Assembly: GCA_002245135.1 (NCBI GenBank)
Contig: NGBS01000610.1
Location: 1-64,000, forward strand
Direction: 5' to 3'
Source: Proteromonas lacertae
Lineage: Eukaryota
Length of the DNA: 64,000 bases
This document shows, one piece after another, positions 25,355 to 39,402 of this stretch (positions are counted from its first letter, which is position 1; every line of letters starts with the position of its first letter). The notes below the pieces were generated by a model. The model saw only the letters and a list, made by a program, of their open reading frames with translations. It was not told the DNA's origin and did not search any database. The position numbers and the translations under genes were made by a program.

Positions 25355-26666
25355 TTATTTTCTTTTAAAATTATAATCATCCATATTCCCAAGGATTACA
25401 CTTCCACAACAACAAATATCTTCATTATTTATCTCATTAAATATTAAATCAGAGGAAAACTTCTTTTCAATAATCTCTTCTATTCTTTTATACTTACACA
25501 TCTCACCTATTTCTATTATTCCATCAATTTTATTATCTAATGTTATTTTATCAATTTCAACAGTAATTCTTTCAAATATATCACTAGTCATCACATTAAA
25601 ATCATTAATTCCAATTAGACATTCAATCCCTTCATTCATTAACACTGACCAATTTATTTCATATTCATTTTCAATTCCTAATCCAAGTAATTGTTTTATT
25701 TCATTACTTATTTTATTCAATTGTAATAATTTCTTCACTTCAATACTTTCTCTACTATTTCCTGTTTCTTTTTCATATATATCTAAAATATAATTCTCTA
25801 TTCTTTTTGTTATTTCATATCCATTTAATTCCATTATTATACTCTCATTAAGTATTTCATATTCTTTTTCACAATAATTAATTTTCACTAAGTAACAACA
25901 GAATGATGACTCATTAAACTTCATAATCATTTCTATTTGATTGTCTTTTGGAATATTTTTATTATTGATTTTATTTATATAACATTTTGATATTATTGAT
26001 GATTGCATTTCATCAACAAAATCTATTATTTCTATTCCAACTATTCCAGCTGCTTGTTTGATTAAATCTCTTTTCAAGTCATTATAATACTTCGGTATTG
26101 ATATTATTGCCTTTGTTATTTTGTTTGGATCATTTTCAAGCTTATTATCAACTGTTTTCTTTATATATTTCAATATCTCACAAGTAATATCAACAGCAGT
26201 AATATAAACTGTTTCTTTATTGATTTTGGTTTGAAATTTTGGCATCCCGTTATCATTCACTATTTTAAATGGATATTTTTTATGTTTTGAAAGTATTAAT
26301 ACTTCATCATAATTCAATCCAAGCATTTCACTTGAATCATAAAATCTAAAATCGCTGAATATTTTCTTTTTTGCTTGTTCATCAACTAAAACATCTGCAT
26401 TGTCTTGATTATAACATACAAAACTGGGTAAAGAGCTTACTCCGTTATGAAATTGAATAAATTCTATTTTATCATCAATATATATTCCACAATTTGAACA
26501 TGCTGCATCTACACTAATTCCGATTATTTTTGAGTTGGCACTACTAAAATTGACAGATTGTCTTTGAAATAAAGCTATATTTCAAATTAATTATACCTAT
26601 ACGATAAATATGATTAGAATGCTGGATTTCAGATGATGATCCATTATATTCCATTTCTGTAGCCAT
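25355..26666 (-). CDS. Highly divergent Hsp70-like nucleotide-binding domain without substrate-binding domain
   Basis: IIGIS, SLPSFV, YPFKIV, KAIISIPKYYNDLKRDLIKQAAGIVGIE, IIEIGEMCKY, INNEDICCCGSV follow the Hsp70 NBD order; stops right after the NBD. Confidence 0.75.
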
Positions 26667-26774
26667 AATAAAATTATAATGAAAATATTATGAAAATAAT
26701 TGTCAAAATAGATTTGAATAAAACCAAAATCAACAAATTAATGAGTTATGAACAGAAATTAATGTATAAGAAGG

Positions 26775-28523
26775 TTAAAGGGAAAAGAAGGTAGCTAAAG
26801 TTCCAAACGAATCCTTTCTCTTTTTAGATTTCTTCTTTTTAGTCTTATCTTCAACGAATGTACTTGGCATTGAAGATAATAAAGGAGACTATAATATATA
26901 TAAACATATAAATAATACATGATGAGTTACATTAACAGGTTTTTGTTGATTTGGGTTTTTATCAACGATATTAACGTTTTTCAGTTGATCAACTATTACC
27001 GGATTATACTATATAATAATAATAATTAAATATTAATAATACATCTTGATAATAATAATGCGAATCTGATGTAGTTATTAAATGGAACTTTTTCTAGAAA
27101 ATTCTGTGCAGTTTGTCTCATTTCCAATAATTTCTTCTTCATTTCTTTACTCAAAAACGATTCATGTTCATCTTTACTAACATATGTTACAAAATTAGGT
27201 TAATCCACCAAATTCAATATCATTTAACATCTTTCCAATTGCATCATCACCATTTTCTATTTGTATATTGTTATTAAATGATGATGATGATGGTAAAGGT
27301 GGAGGTTGTTGCTGTTGTTGTTGAAGATGATATTGTGGTGGTTGTTGTTGATGATGATTATTATTATTATTATTATTATGTGAATGTTTAGGTGGAGGAA
27401 GTGTTGGAGTAGGATGTGGAGGAGATGAAAATAATTGTCTATTGACATTTATATTTTCACTATTGGTTTCAGTATCACATATCTGATGTTGTCTTGAATA
27501 TGGAACAGGAGTTCTGATCAATTCAATTGGATAGGAGAGTCGACTCATTGGCTATTTAAATAAATAATATAATATAGAGTTTATATACATATTCTTCATC
27601 ATAATATTCATACTTCAATCTTGGTTCAATCTTCTTAATCAGTTTTTCAACATTCAACAAATTAGGAACAGAGTTATAAAACAAAGACCAAGTACCAAAA
27701 CAACATAAATTCTTATTATTTATCATTAATCCTGGCATTCTACCAAATTGCATTGTATTATTATTACTGATCATATTTACATATTGTTTTACTCGTGGTG
27801 TTTTTAATAGACTTTTTAATTGTGCTTTTGATGGAGAAAATGATCTTCTTGAACGAGGAGTTGATGAAAATTGATTGGGTGTCAGTGTTGTTGGTGTTGT
27901 GGTTATAGGATTTCGTGGTGATAATAATTCTAATGCTGGATTGACATTATTGTTGGAATTTTCTGGTATATTTTCTGTGTTAGTTGGGTTGTTTTTTTCT
28001 CTGGATTTGTAGAATTCATCCCATTTTTGACTTGAATAGTCAAATGAGTTCGCAAACTGTAGGAGCTTTCTGTAATTCCAGTCATGAACATGAACATCAC
28101 CTGACCAAATCATGTTTGTGATTTCACCTGAACTGGCTTTGCCTGAATATATGTATAATAGTTTATCTTTTGTAATAGATAGTTTAACATCTGCTGGTTT
28201 ATCTGATGTATAACTCCAAGTTGCTATATGAATCAATAATTATTCTAACTATATACATTTCACTTGATTATCGTCACCATCTACTACTTTTATGAAATAA
28301 TTTATTGGTTCATCAGATTTGTCTTCTGTTAAGTATGTGATCATTTCAACCTATTCATTGTATAATATAGCGCATTTAATACTGTTCCCCTAAAACTTGA
28401 ATCTTTTTTAACACTAAACTCAAAAAAATCACACATCTCCATCATTTCTGGATCTTTAGGAGGTTGTGATTCATCTGGGAACACAATAGGAGAAGGTCTC
28501 TTTTCTTCATCCAATTCATCCAT
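26775..28523 (-). CDS. Hypothetical protein with Pro/Gln/Asn-rich region
   Basis: Spliced ORFs 28341-28523, 27556-28236 and 27195-27548 plus 3' exons; one apparent frameshift near 27200. Confidence 0.6.
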
Positions 28524-28679
28524 AGATCTAATGATTTAATCAATAAATAAAAATGTGTAACGAATTTATTTTTGTAACTGTTTTATAAATGAAAAAAGGA
28601 TGGTAGAAATAATTATTTTAATTCAACTTATATTATAAAGAAGAACAAGAAAAATAATTAAATAAATAACATATAAAAA

Positions 28680-29884
28680 TCATTTTCTCATATTCATCAA
28701 AGCATATTGACTTTCTAGGAATTCAAACTGTTCTTTCCAATAAGTCTCTTTCTCATTCTGTGACTTTTCCAATTCTTCATACTATTTTAATATATATTAC
28801 AAATATTTCATACTTTTTTCAATAGAATTGTGTTAGATTTCATCAATTCATTCTGTAACAATGACATTGAATTAATATCAACATTATTTTGATTCATTTT
28901 TACTTTTTCATTTAAATTAACTATCTCTGAGTCTTTATCTTTTACCAATTCACATAGATTTTTGTTCTGTTTTTCTAACTCCTTTATTTTTTGATTTAAT
29001 AGTAAATATTTCTCTTGATGTATTGAATTTAAATTAGTTGTATATTCTCTTATAACATCATCAATTTGTGTGAGTGTATTTGGTTGTAATGGTAATGTTT
29101 GTAGAATTCTGAATAATTGTTTTAATAATGGATTTTTGTATGATGGAATAGTAGGTGGTAATGAATGTTGTAATTTAGAATTATCTTCTTCATATTCATC
29201 ATCATCATCTTCTTCTTCTTTAACGCTATTTTTATCACTATTCAATTCTCTTTGTTGTTGTTGATACTGTTGTGACTGTGGAATATACGAATTAGTTGTA
29301 TTTAATGTAGATGTTTCTGTTGATGAAGAAATTGATATTGTTTCAGCATCTAGAAATACATAATTATTGAATTATTAATATACTCATATCAATTGATGGA
29401 ATTAATTGATTGGCTCTATATTTTTCATCATCAGTTACTTCTTTCTCATCCAATGTCATTAATGATGGAAATGAAAAGATAATGAAACTGCGATAATGTG
29501 GTAATCTTGTAATTGGATTTAGTCTCAAATCTAGAGATCTTAGTTTTCTCATTGGTTTTAGGATAACTAGATCTTGAAATGAGGATATTTTGTTGTAATA
29601 TAACGAAAGCTATACGTGTATAATAATCTACCTTGCGATATACTTTTTCTAGATTAATTAGATTCTGCATTCCTTCTAAAGAGCTTAAATTGTTTCTGGA
29701 TAAATCAAGAGTATTCAATCCAGTTAATTGTACCAATGATGAACCTAGATTCTCAATACTAAGTCTTTGAAGTGTTAATGTTGTTAATTGAGATGGATGA
29801 CTTATTTTTTGTTTCTTACATATTTCTAGTATGTACTTTTCCTATCACAAATATATTAATATTGTACTATACAGACAACAACAT
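28680..29884 (-). CDS. CEP72/LRRC36-like LRR plus coiled-coil protein
   Basis: MLLSEKYI; IENLGSSLVQLTGLNTLDLSRNNLSSLEG; LSLYYNKI; LRSLDLRLNPI...YRSFII...LDEKEV LRR cap; coiled-coil tail. Confidence 0.75.
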
Positions 29885-29946
29885 GAGATAAAGAATTTAA
29901 AATTCAAATTGAATAATAAAAATAGACTCGTTACATTTTCGTTATT

Positions 29947-30547
29947 ATGGATTTTAAGCAATATTACCCACAGGAACACAGTAGTGGTATTTATAATCCT
30001 ATTTTCATTAATATAGAGGTTGATATCAAACATTCTCATACTGCATTTGTGCTAGGAACTAAATTAACAGAAGATATTATTACAGTATAGTTATAGTAAT
30101 ATAAAATAGGTTTTCAAACTAATGGACACAGATAGAGATGAAAAATTAACTCCAAAGCAAGCATTAAGATTATGGGGATTAGTATTTATTCTATTTATCA
30201 TTATCTAGCTTGGATTTTATGTTAAACCAGCCCATTTAACAGGATATACATATGTTACAATAGCAGATTTTCTGGACTTATCTAGACAAATGTTTAAAGA
30301 TCAAGATATTACTTCTGTGTCTCATTTATTCCATATGATGGATACTCATCGTTATGGACGTGCCAAGAAAGAAGATTTATTAACTTTACTAAAGCACATA
30401 GGTTTATCAGTAAATCAAGATCAATTGGAATGTATGATTTCTAGGATGGATTCAACTATGAATTGGGACAGATTTACAGAAAAAGAATTTTGTGCGTTTG
30501 TGGATTACTTTTCTAAAGAAGATATAATGAAACATATAAAAGCATAG
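29947..30547 (+). CDS. Small EF-hand-like protein
   Basis: FKLMDTDRDEKLT and LFHMMDTHRYGR loops; 3 GT-AG introns. Confidence 0.7.
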
Positions 30548-30705
30548 TCATTTATTTATTTAATTGTAATTTACTTATTACTTTGTTGATTGAAGATTTA
30601 AAAACCTCTGCAAACATTTTAGATTCGTCATAATTCGATGAAAATAAAAATACTCAAACTAAAAGCTTGACATTTAATTTTTAGATCTTTATTAAATTTC
30701 GTAAG

Positions 30706-31597
30706 ATGAGTGAAGATAAAGCAGCAGCTTTTATTGCAGAGGTATTTTGTTTATTTCTATATTACAAAGGGAGAGAAAAAAATGAAGAAATTTTTATTTT
30801 TTAGTCCAAAATATGAGGAAGCATGCGATTGTTTTAATAAAGCTGTGAATCAATACAAACTTCTTAAGAAATGGACAAATGCCGGTGATGCTTACGTTAA
30901 GATAGCTGAATGCCAACTTGCACAAGGCAATGAACATGAAGCTGCCACAGCATATCAGAACGCTGCAAACTGTTACAAGAAAGAAGATTCAGACACTGCT
31001 TTGAAGTATTTTGATGAAGCTGTCGGAATTTACACAGGAGCAGGCAAATTTGCCCAAGCAGCTAAATTAGAGAATGAAATCGCTACAGTAATGGAAACTG
31101 ATGGTGATAAAGAAGCAGCTGTAGAACATTTCCAAAAAGCTGCAGATTATTATTTAACTGAAGAATCTACAGCACAAGCTCAAAAGAACTTAGAAAAAGT
31201 AGCAGTAATCTCTGCAGATTTAGATAAATTCGATAAAGCCGCTGAAATCTTTGAAAAATTAGCTTCAAATTGTTTAGAAAATAAATTATTGAAATTCAAC
31301 GCAAAAGGATTTTTATTCAATGCTGCTCTTTGCAAATTAAATATGAATGATACTGTAGCATTACGTGATGATGTTGAGAAATATAAAGATATGGATTACA
31401 CCTTTGGAAACTCTAGAGAATGTAAGTTAATTGAGAAATTAATTCAATGTCTTGATGATTATGATGTTGATGCATTTACTGATGCTGTATATGATTTTGA
31501 CCAAATATCTACATTGGATCCTTGGAGAACTGCTAGATTATTAAATGTGAAACAATTTATTCAGAAGGCTGGTGAAAGTGCTGTTGATTTAACATAA
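30706..31597 (+). CDS. NAPA: Alpha-soluble NSF attachment protein (alpha-SNAP/Sec17)
   Basis: PKYEEAC..F.KA.NQYKL.K.W, GKFAQAAK, LLKFNAK, SRECKL, FDQISTLDPW, C-terminal DLT; one 5' intron. Confidence 0.95.
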
Positions 31598-31704
31598 TGT
31601 TTGTTTAAATATTTTCTTTATATATATATTATTATTTTATATTGTATGCTGAATGAGAAAAAAAGAAATAATGAGAAATAGAAACGAATATAATTTTGAA
31701 ATAA

Positions 31705-33396
31705 ATGTTTTCATGTTATTTTAAAGCAATTCTAAAGTGTAGTACAAAGCAAATTGTGCCATTTCAAGAAAGTACCTATTAGATGCTATGTAAGACCAAA
31801 TTTTGATATATCAGATAAGTTTTCTAAAACAAAATCGTAAGTTTTATTAGAAATTACAAAAATAAATAGATATATTCCTACAATGAATGTAATGCAATTA
31901 ACATCCAATAGTCCCTACCCAGTATTTGTAGCTCATCTCTCAAATATCTATGCTGGAATACCACAAGGTGCTGTACCTACATATCCACAACTGAAGAAGA
32001 TAGTATCATTAATAGAGCATTTTGAACCAAATTTGTTGCAAACCTATGAGTATTTTAATAATTTATATATTATTCAAATAGTCTACGAACAGCATTAATA
32101 ATCTGTAGAGAATCAAGGACTAGTGATCCATTATACCATCAGTTACTATTATATATACTCAAATTAAACCGTTATAGCATAGGGTTATGTAGTGAAATTA
32201 TAAGAGGATTTTTATATTTTCAAAGTCCAGAAAAACTATTATCTTATTTAAAAGAAATGGTAAACCATCATATAGTTATAAGGAAATTTGATTATGAAAA
32301 TGCAATAGAATGTTGCGGTGAAAGTCACTTTTGGAAACAATGTATATCACTTTTCAATATAATGAAACAAAGAAATTTACATAATGGTTATTCTTATTTT
32401 GTACTAATATTAGCTTTAGAAAAATCAAACCAATTTGAATTATGTTTGAAATATTTAGATGAAATGCAACAATCAGGATATAAGCCAGGAATTAAGCTAT
32501 GTAATTCAATTTTGATATTATTTTTAAAGAATCATCGATATGAAGAAGGTATTTCTTATTTTAAAGATTTGAGAAAAAAAGAGAAATATGATTTGCCTTT
32601 AACTACTTATAATGTATTGATCAGTTATTTAAAAGGATACAGAAACTATGATACTGTAGTAACACAAATATTAAATGAAATAGAGGCGTTACCAAATATC
32701 AAACCTGATTTGATCACTTATACAAGTTTAATTGATGGTTATGCAACAGATAGGAATTTGGATAAATGTTTATATTATTATAATATAATATTAAAGAATG
32801 GATTTGAATTGAATAATAGAGTGTATGCTGCTTTATATAAAGCTTATATTTTAACTAATAATACATATAAAGCTATTGATGATTATACTTCCAGTCATGA
32901 AAGGAAGTTTAAAACGCGATCTTCAACTGATTTCTTAGATGTAAAACTATTACCATCTTCTATTTCATTAGTTGCATTATTATACGTATATATATATTTA
33001 AATAATTATTTTTATTTATAGTTTTTAATGAATATTTATCATTCTTATAAACCTGACCAAAAAATGAATGACTGTTTTATAATGACTGGCAAACAATTGA
33101 ATAGATTTTTAATTCAAACATTTCTTAAAAATGGATTTCAGAATAAATTGACAGTTGAAACATGTGTTTCTACTAACTATTTGTCAATTTCTGGTAAATC
33201 TATCAAAAAATGGTGTATTTATTTATCAAACAATTTGAATGATCCAAATAATCTACATGGTACTGTATTTTGGGATCAGGAATGCTTGATAAATCTTATA
33301 GAGAATAAAATGGATTCAAAAAGCAAATACTTAGATAATCGAGCTGCTGCATTTAATAATCGTGTAGGCGATGTTGGTGATTTAATAAAGACTTAA
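31705..33396 (+). CDS. Pentatricopeptide-repeat (PPR) protein, probably organelle-targeted
   Basis: 35-aa repeats such as EMQQSGYKPGIKLCNSIL, TYNVLI, IKPDLITYTSLIDGY, VYAALYKAY; basic N-terminus. Start approximate. Confidence 0.85.
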
Positions 33397-33524
33397 ATAT
33401 CTATATTTCGTTTTTGCTTATTAAAAATGAAAATCTAAAATGAATCATCATTAGTCAAAATAGATATTGAAATTACTGAATCTTAGTAAATTACCAACTA
33501 ATTACACTTTGTTTTTTCTTTGTT

Positions 33525-35238
33525 ATGAGTGAGGAAGAAACAACGCCAAAAGATTCAAATGATGATGATATTCAAAGTTCTATTGATATAACTACAATTA
33601 CTGAAGAAAAATTATCTGTATCGCTTTACTTTGTAATCCAACAATAGGAATTTATTAAAAGTGAAGTTAGTAAAATTGTTGTAGAAAATTTAAAGAATGG
33701 AACTGTATATTTACTTCTGAATATAGCTCAATAGTATTTTTGTGATTTTGTCTCTTATTTTGATGATCATTTCGATTATATCCGCCAACCATGTATTATT
33801 CATTTATCGATCTATTAAAATAGCCACTAAAGAAGAAATAACAGAAAACTTTTCAAAATTTAATCACAAACTATTAGAACTTGGTTTTAGTGAAGATCGG
33901 ATAATACTATCATCAGACATAAATCAACTAGATAATGAAAATAAACTAATGTGGATAATCAAATTATTCCGAGATATAGATTTAAAAGCTCAACAACAAA
34001 ATATAGATATAAAATGCAAGCATGTGCAATCTGTCTTTTATTCAGATAAATTTATTCGTGGTCATTTTGTACGTAAACTGGATGATGCTAGAGTTAAACT
34101 ATATTCATGTTATAATAGTGAAGATGGAGTTGAAAGAGCTTGGCTTGAATATGAAGGTGATGAATCAACAGTGAGTTATATTGCCCAATCAGCTTCTATT
34201 ACACCATTGGTGAATAATTTGAATACTTTACATGTATTTGATGCATGGGAAGAAGATGGAGATACTGGAATTCCAACATCATTAGTATGTATATCTGAAT
34301 TCATCTCGGAATCAACACTTATGTTCTTAAATACAGTAAAAGGTATAAATATTAATGTATTAAAGAAATGGATATGTCAATTAGTGGATGTAGTATATAG
34401 TTTACATTTTGGCACATCTATTACTGATCCAAATATTCCTGGTTTATTACACCGTGATATTTCCTGTGAAAATGTTTATGTTGAAAAATCAACAGGTTCA
34501 ATAAGACTCGGTGGATTTGGATATTCTACTCCAATTAATAAAATACCATTGAATGAAGAAATACCATGTAATCTATATTATAATAGTAAATATAGAAATG
34601 ACTATCAAGATGATATAAAAGCATGTGGTATTACGATATTAAGATGGTGTTTACAAACAAAAGATTTAATACCCTGTTGTAAGCCAGAAACTATAAGAAA
34701 TGATGAAATATTGGAATATTTAAAGGAAGAGAATAGAGAAACAATGATCAATCAAATCACAGATGAACCTTTGAAAGATTTCTTAACACTTTGTTTATTG
34801 AAGATTAATGATAATTATCCAACCGCTGAAGACCTATTAAACCATCCTATGATACAACAATTCCCCCAATTTACGGAATTATGTGAGAAATCAACAATTG
34901 AAGGATTGAAAGAACATAAAAACTTAATACCAATTCAGAAGAATGTAGATTTAGAAGCAACTCATCAAGTTAATATTAATTTTGAAAAGAAATTTATACA
35001 GAATGATATATATAATATTTCATTTCAAGTTCCTTCGAATAGAGGGTTTTTTAAGTTTTCTTTTGATTATAATATTAATAAAGATAGTCCAGTAGGAATT
35101 ATTAAAGAATTGAAGAATTGTAAAAATGAATTAGATAAAATGCAAATACCTAATACATTACAGTTTTCTGAAAGTATTTATGATTTATTATATAAATCTC
35201 TACTAACAATGCTTAATAAAGATGATAGAATGATTTGA
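33525..35238 (+). CDS. WNK/NRBP-like kinase, probably catalytically impaired
   Basis: LYSCYNSEDGVERAWLE, KKWICQL, LHRDISCENVYV, GSIRLGGFG (DFG Asp replaced by Gly), C-terminal FSFDYNINKDSP. Confidence 0.7.
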
Positions 35239-35349
35239 TCTAAATTTTTTTATAAATTTAATTATGATTATATATATTTTTTCTTTTATTCTTTCTAATT
35301 CAAAGTCAAAATGAAAATAATAATTATTAGGTTATTAGAATAATACAGC

Positions 35350-36085
35350 TTACTTTCTGAGATAGTGGTAATATGGTCTTTGTTCTTTAATCTTTCTCAT
35401 TGTTAACATAAATGCATATATCAAGGCATCACCGGGAGGTGGGCAACCTGGAACATATACATCGCAAGGAATAATTCTATCAACTCCTTTAACAACGTGA
35501 TATGAATAATGATAATATCCACCTGAATTTGCACAGCTTCCCATGGATATAACGTATCTTGGTACTGGCATTTCATCATATAATCTTCTTACTGCTGGGG
35601 CCATCTTATGAGTCACTGTTCCTGAAACAAACATTACATCACAATGTCTAGGACTAGCTCGAGGTAATGCACCAAAACTCTCAAGATCGAAACGGTCTGA
35701 TGATGACTAATTAGAAGTATAAAATATTATTGAGATTATACCATAATATGTTCCATAGCACAACAGGCAAGTCCAAAAGTCAATGGCCATATAGAACCTG
35801 CTCTACAATATTGAATAATTTGATCTAATTTAGCAGTGAAGAACTCAGCGTTGTTTAGAAGTTTGTCTTTAAAATCTGCTGGTTTAGCACCAATGGCTGT
35901 TGTAAATTGTGCAGCTTGTCTTGCTCCCATGAATTCTGGATCAAAGAATCCAAGAACTTCTCTATTTGGTAGTATAAGCTCTGGTCTTTTCAAATTTCTA
36001 TTGAAATAAACAGGTATATATACGGTAATGTCTTTGTAATCAAAGATTTGGTTGCAGTATGGGATTTCGATATAAAACGCTGCAT
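35350..36085 (-). CDS. NDUFS7: Complex I PSST subunit (nad10), nuclear-encoded with N-terminal extension
   Basis: [53 protein letters not shown]; two introns. Confidence 0.96.
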
Positions 36086-36165
36086 AAATCAGAATAGATT
36101 ATTTTTGAAGTTACAATCAAGCCAAGCATAGAAACGGATATTTATTTATAAATTGATTTTTAAAA

Positions 36166-36832
36166 ATGGCTGTTTCTAATTCTGTGAACAATTATTCATC
36201 ACGACAAAACACTTATATGCCTCCTATCAACTTTGGCTATGTGGAGAGTGGTGTATATAGATCAGGCTATCCAAATGCTAATAGTTTTCCATTCTTACAG
36301 AAATTAGGGATTAAAACTATAGTGTATTTGCATTTTTATATATATTTATGGTAGTTATATATCATGTCATCCCAAATATTCACAATATCGAGAAGAGAAT
36401 AAGAAATACATAGAAGAAACAGGCACAGAATTTATATTTTGTAATGCTAGTCAGAATAAAGAACCATTCAAACAAATGTCAACTGATAATATCTCAATGG
36501 CTTTGAAAGCAATTTTAGACAAAAGAAAACATCCCATTTTAGTTCATTGTTTGGAAGGAGATTTTGGTACAGCATGTGTAATTGGATGTTTAAGAAAATT
36601 ACAGAATTGGAGTTTAACTAATGTATATAGTGAATACCAAGCATATTGTAAGAAGATGAACGATTTAGATTTACAATTTATAACATTATTTCAACCAACC
36701 TGTAAATTTAAGAGGAAATACCTACCTGATTGGATTGATCAATTAAGACGTCCTATTTTGCACTATATTTCCGATGCAGATGAAGATTGTGATGAAGAAA
36801 ATGGTGTTTTAACACCAGATTGTAGTGATTAA
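36166..36832 (+). CDS. Siw14/OCA-family (PFA-DSP) phosphatase-like protein
   Basis: PPINFGYVESGVYRSGYP, HPILVHC, GCLRKLQNWSL, DLQFI. Confidence 0.9.
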
Positions 36833-37046
36833 AAATCTATTTCTGTAATTAATTTAAACTTGGTATGTATTAATAAATTACTATTTTTGTAATTAATTTA
36901 TAAATATATTAGTAAAAACTATTTATTTAAGAAACTTGTGATTTGCATAACCGAAAATCTATTAAATTGGTTTACGAAAAATATTGTTTTGTCGTTACTT
37001 TTATAGTTTTTTTATTTTTTATTATTTTAGAGTGAAACATTTATAA

Positions 37047-39402
37047 ATGGGTAATTGTGGAAGTAGCGTTGCACCAGATCCAGCAGATACTGAAGTTAAA
37101 CAAACTCCTGCAGCAGCTCCAGCTGCTAATGAACCACAACCAAAAACAGAAGAGAAAGAAGCCAAAGTTGTGGAAGCTATTAAGCATCATAGAGCCAAAA
37201 AGAACATTCTTTTCGGAGATAGTCTACCTGAAGAGAGTACTTTTGTATATTTAGATGTTTTTATGTCTATAGAGTAAAAAAATAGTTGAAAAGAACGATA
37301 ACGACAGAGAATTTTTACGAAAAGCATTATCAGAACACTTCTTATTCACAGCATTAGATTCAGAAGAAGCAAACGATGTTATTAACGCTATGGAGAAGCA
37401 AGAAATCATGCCAGGAGATAATTGCATCACTCAGGGTGAAAATGGTGATTATTTCTACTTCGTACAGTCTGGTCATTTCGATTGTTATGTCGATGATTCA
37501 AAAGTGTGTGAATACAATAGTGGTGATGGTTTTGGTGAATTAGCTTTATTATACAATGCACCAAGAGCTGCTACATGTCAAAGTACAGTGAAGAGTGTTG
37601 TTTGGAAGCTTGATCGTCAAACCTTCCGTCATACATTAGCCTTCAATGCACAAAAGAACATACAATCCAGTAAAGCCGCCATAAAGCACGTTACATTGTT
37701 AGAATCATTGAGTGATTTCCAAATCAGTCAAATCGCTCAAGCTGTACAGATAGTACAATTCAAAGCAGGTGAAACAATCATTACAAAAGGTGAAGAAGGT
37801 CAAGTATTCTACATGATCAAAGAAGGAAATGTAACCTGTCAAAACATAGGTGAAGAAAATGCTGAATTAGAGTTAAAACCTGGTGATTATTTTGGTGAAA
37901 GAGCTTTGTTATTAGATGAACCAAGAGCAGCAACTGTAGTATGTAAAACCGATGTAATATTAATGGCATTAGATCGTGAAGCATTCAACGAATTGATTGG
38001 TCCTTTGACTGATTTATTAGAAAATAACATTGCTATTTATATATTAAAAGCTTTAACTCAATTAAGTCACTTATTGAATGAAGAAAGACAACAAATAATC
38101 AACGGAATCAAATCAAAGAATTACAGTAAAGATGAAGTGATATGTAAAGAAGGTGAATTAGCTGAAGCCTTTTATGTAGTAAAAGAAGGTAAATTGAAAT
38201 GTGAATATAGTGATGGTCATTCTCCTAAGACAATCAATCGTGGTGAATATTTCAATGAGAATATATTCGTATGTGAAGAAAAGAATCTTGGAACATTAAT
38301 AGCTGAAGAAGATAGTGTAGTTTTATATGTTGATAAACAAACCTTAAATTCAATAGGCAATGGTTCAACATCTGTTGTAAATCTAGCTCAACGTCGAAAG
38401 AGTGCTAGTTTAGATGGTGGTGTAGATCCAATCTTAAAGAATGCCAATTTGAGTGATTTTGAACAATTAAGAACTCTTGGAACTGGTTCATTTGGTCGAG
38501 TGAAATTAGTAAAATTCAAACAGAATAATGAAGTATATGCATTAAAATGTTTAAAGAAGAAACAAATTATTGCATTACATCAAGAAAAGAATATAATGAA
38601 CGAAAAACGAATTTTAATGCAATGTCGACATCCATTTATTCAGAGATTATATTCAACATATAAAGATGAAAATTGTTTATATATGTTAATCGAATTTATT
38701 CAAGGAGGTGAATTATTTACTTTATTATGGAATTTTGGAGGAACTGTTTCAAGTAGAACAGCTCAATTCTATGCAGGCTGTGTATTAAGTGGTCTATCTT
38801 ATTTGCATGATCAAAATATAATCTATCGAGATTTAAAACCTGAAAATCTGATGGTAGATAAAGATGGCTTTGTAAAGATCGTTGATTTTGGTTTCGCTAA
38901 AGAAGTTCAAGATAAAACATATACATTATGTGGAACACCAGAATATTTAGCTCCAGAGATAGTAGTTGGTAAAGGACATAATAAAGCTGTAGATTATTGG
39001 GCTTTAGGTGTATTAATATATGAAATGTTATGTGGTTATTCTCCATTTGCTGATCGAGAGAAGAATCGTCAAATGCAAATCTGTAAGAATATAATGAGAG
39101 GTCAATACAGTTATCCATCTCATATGCAAGATGAACCAGCAAAAGATTTAATAAAGAGATTATTAGAAGCTGATCCAACGAAGAGATTTGGTTGTTTGAA
39201 GAATGGAGCAATGGATATAAAACGACATGAATGGTTTAAGAAGATTGATTGGATTAGTTTAGAATCAAAAGATGTTCAAGATATTCCTTGGAAACCAACA
39301 ATAACAAGTGAAGTTGATACATCTAATTTTGATGATTATCGAGATGAGAATGAACAAGTAGAACCATTTTATGGTGATAGTAGTTGGGCTGATGATTTTT
39401 AA
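37047..39402 (+). CDS. Single-chain cyclic-nucleotide-regulated AGC kinase (PKG-like architecture, 3 cNMP domains)
   Basis: MGNCGS N-terminus; FGELALLYNAPRAAT, FGERALLLDEPRAAT and a degenerate third domain; GTGSFG, YRDLKPEN, DFG, TYTLCGTPEYLAPE; AGC tail. Confidence 0.93.

Noticed and set aside
31598..31605. TGTTTGTT after the alpha-SNAP stop (also minus strand at 9383 and 11531) as Blastocystis-type polyadenylation-created stop codons
   Set aside because: Every gene end I traced has a genomic stop, and the 8-mer count is near chance for this composition. It may still act as a 3' processing signal.
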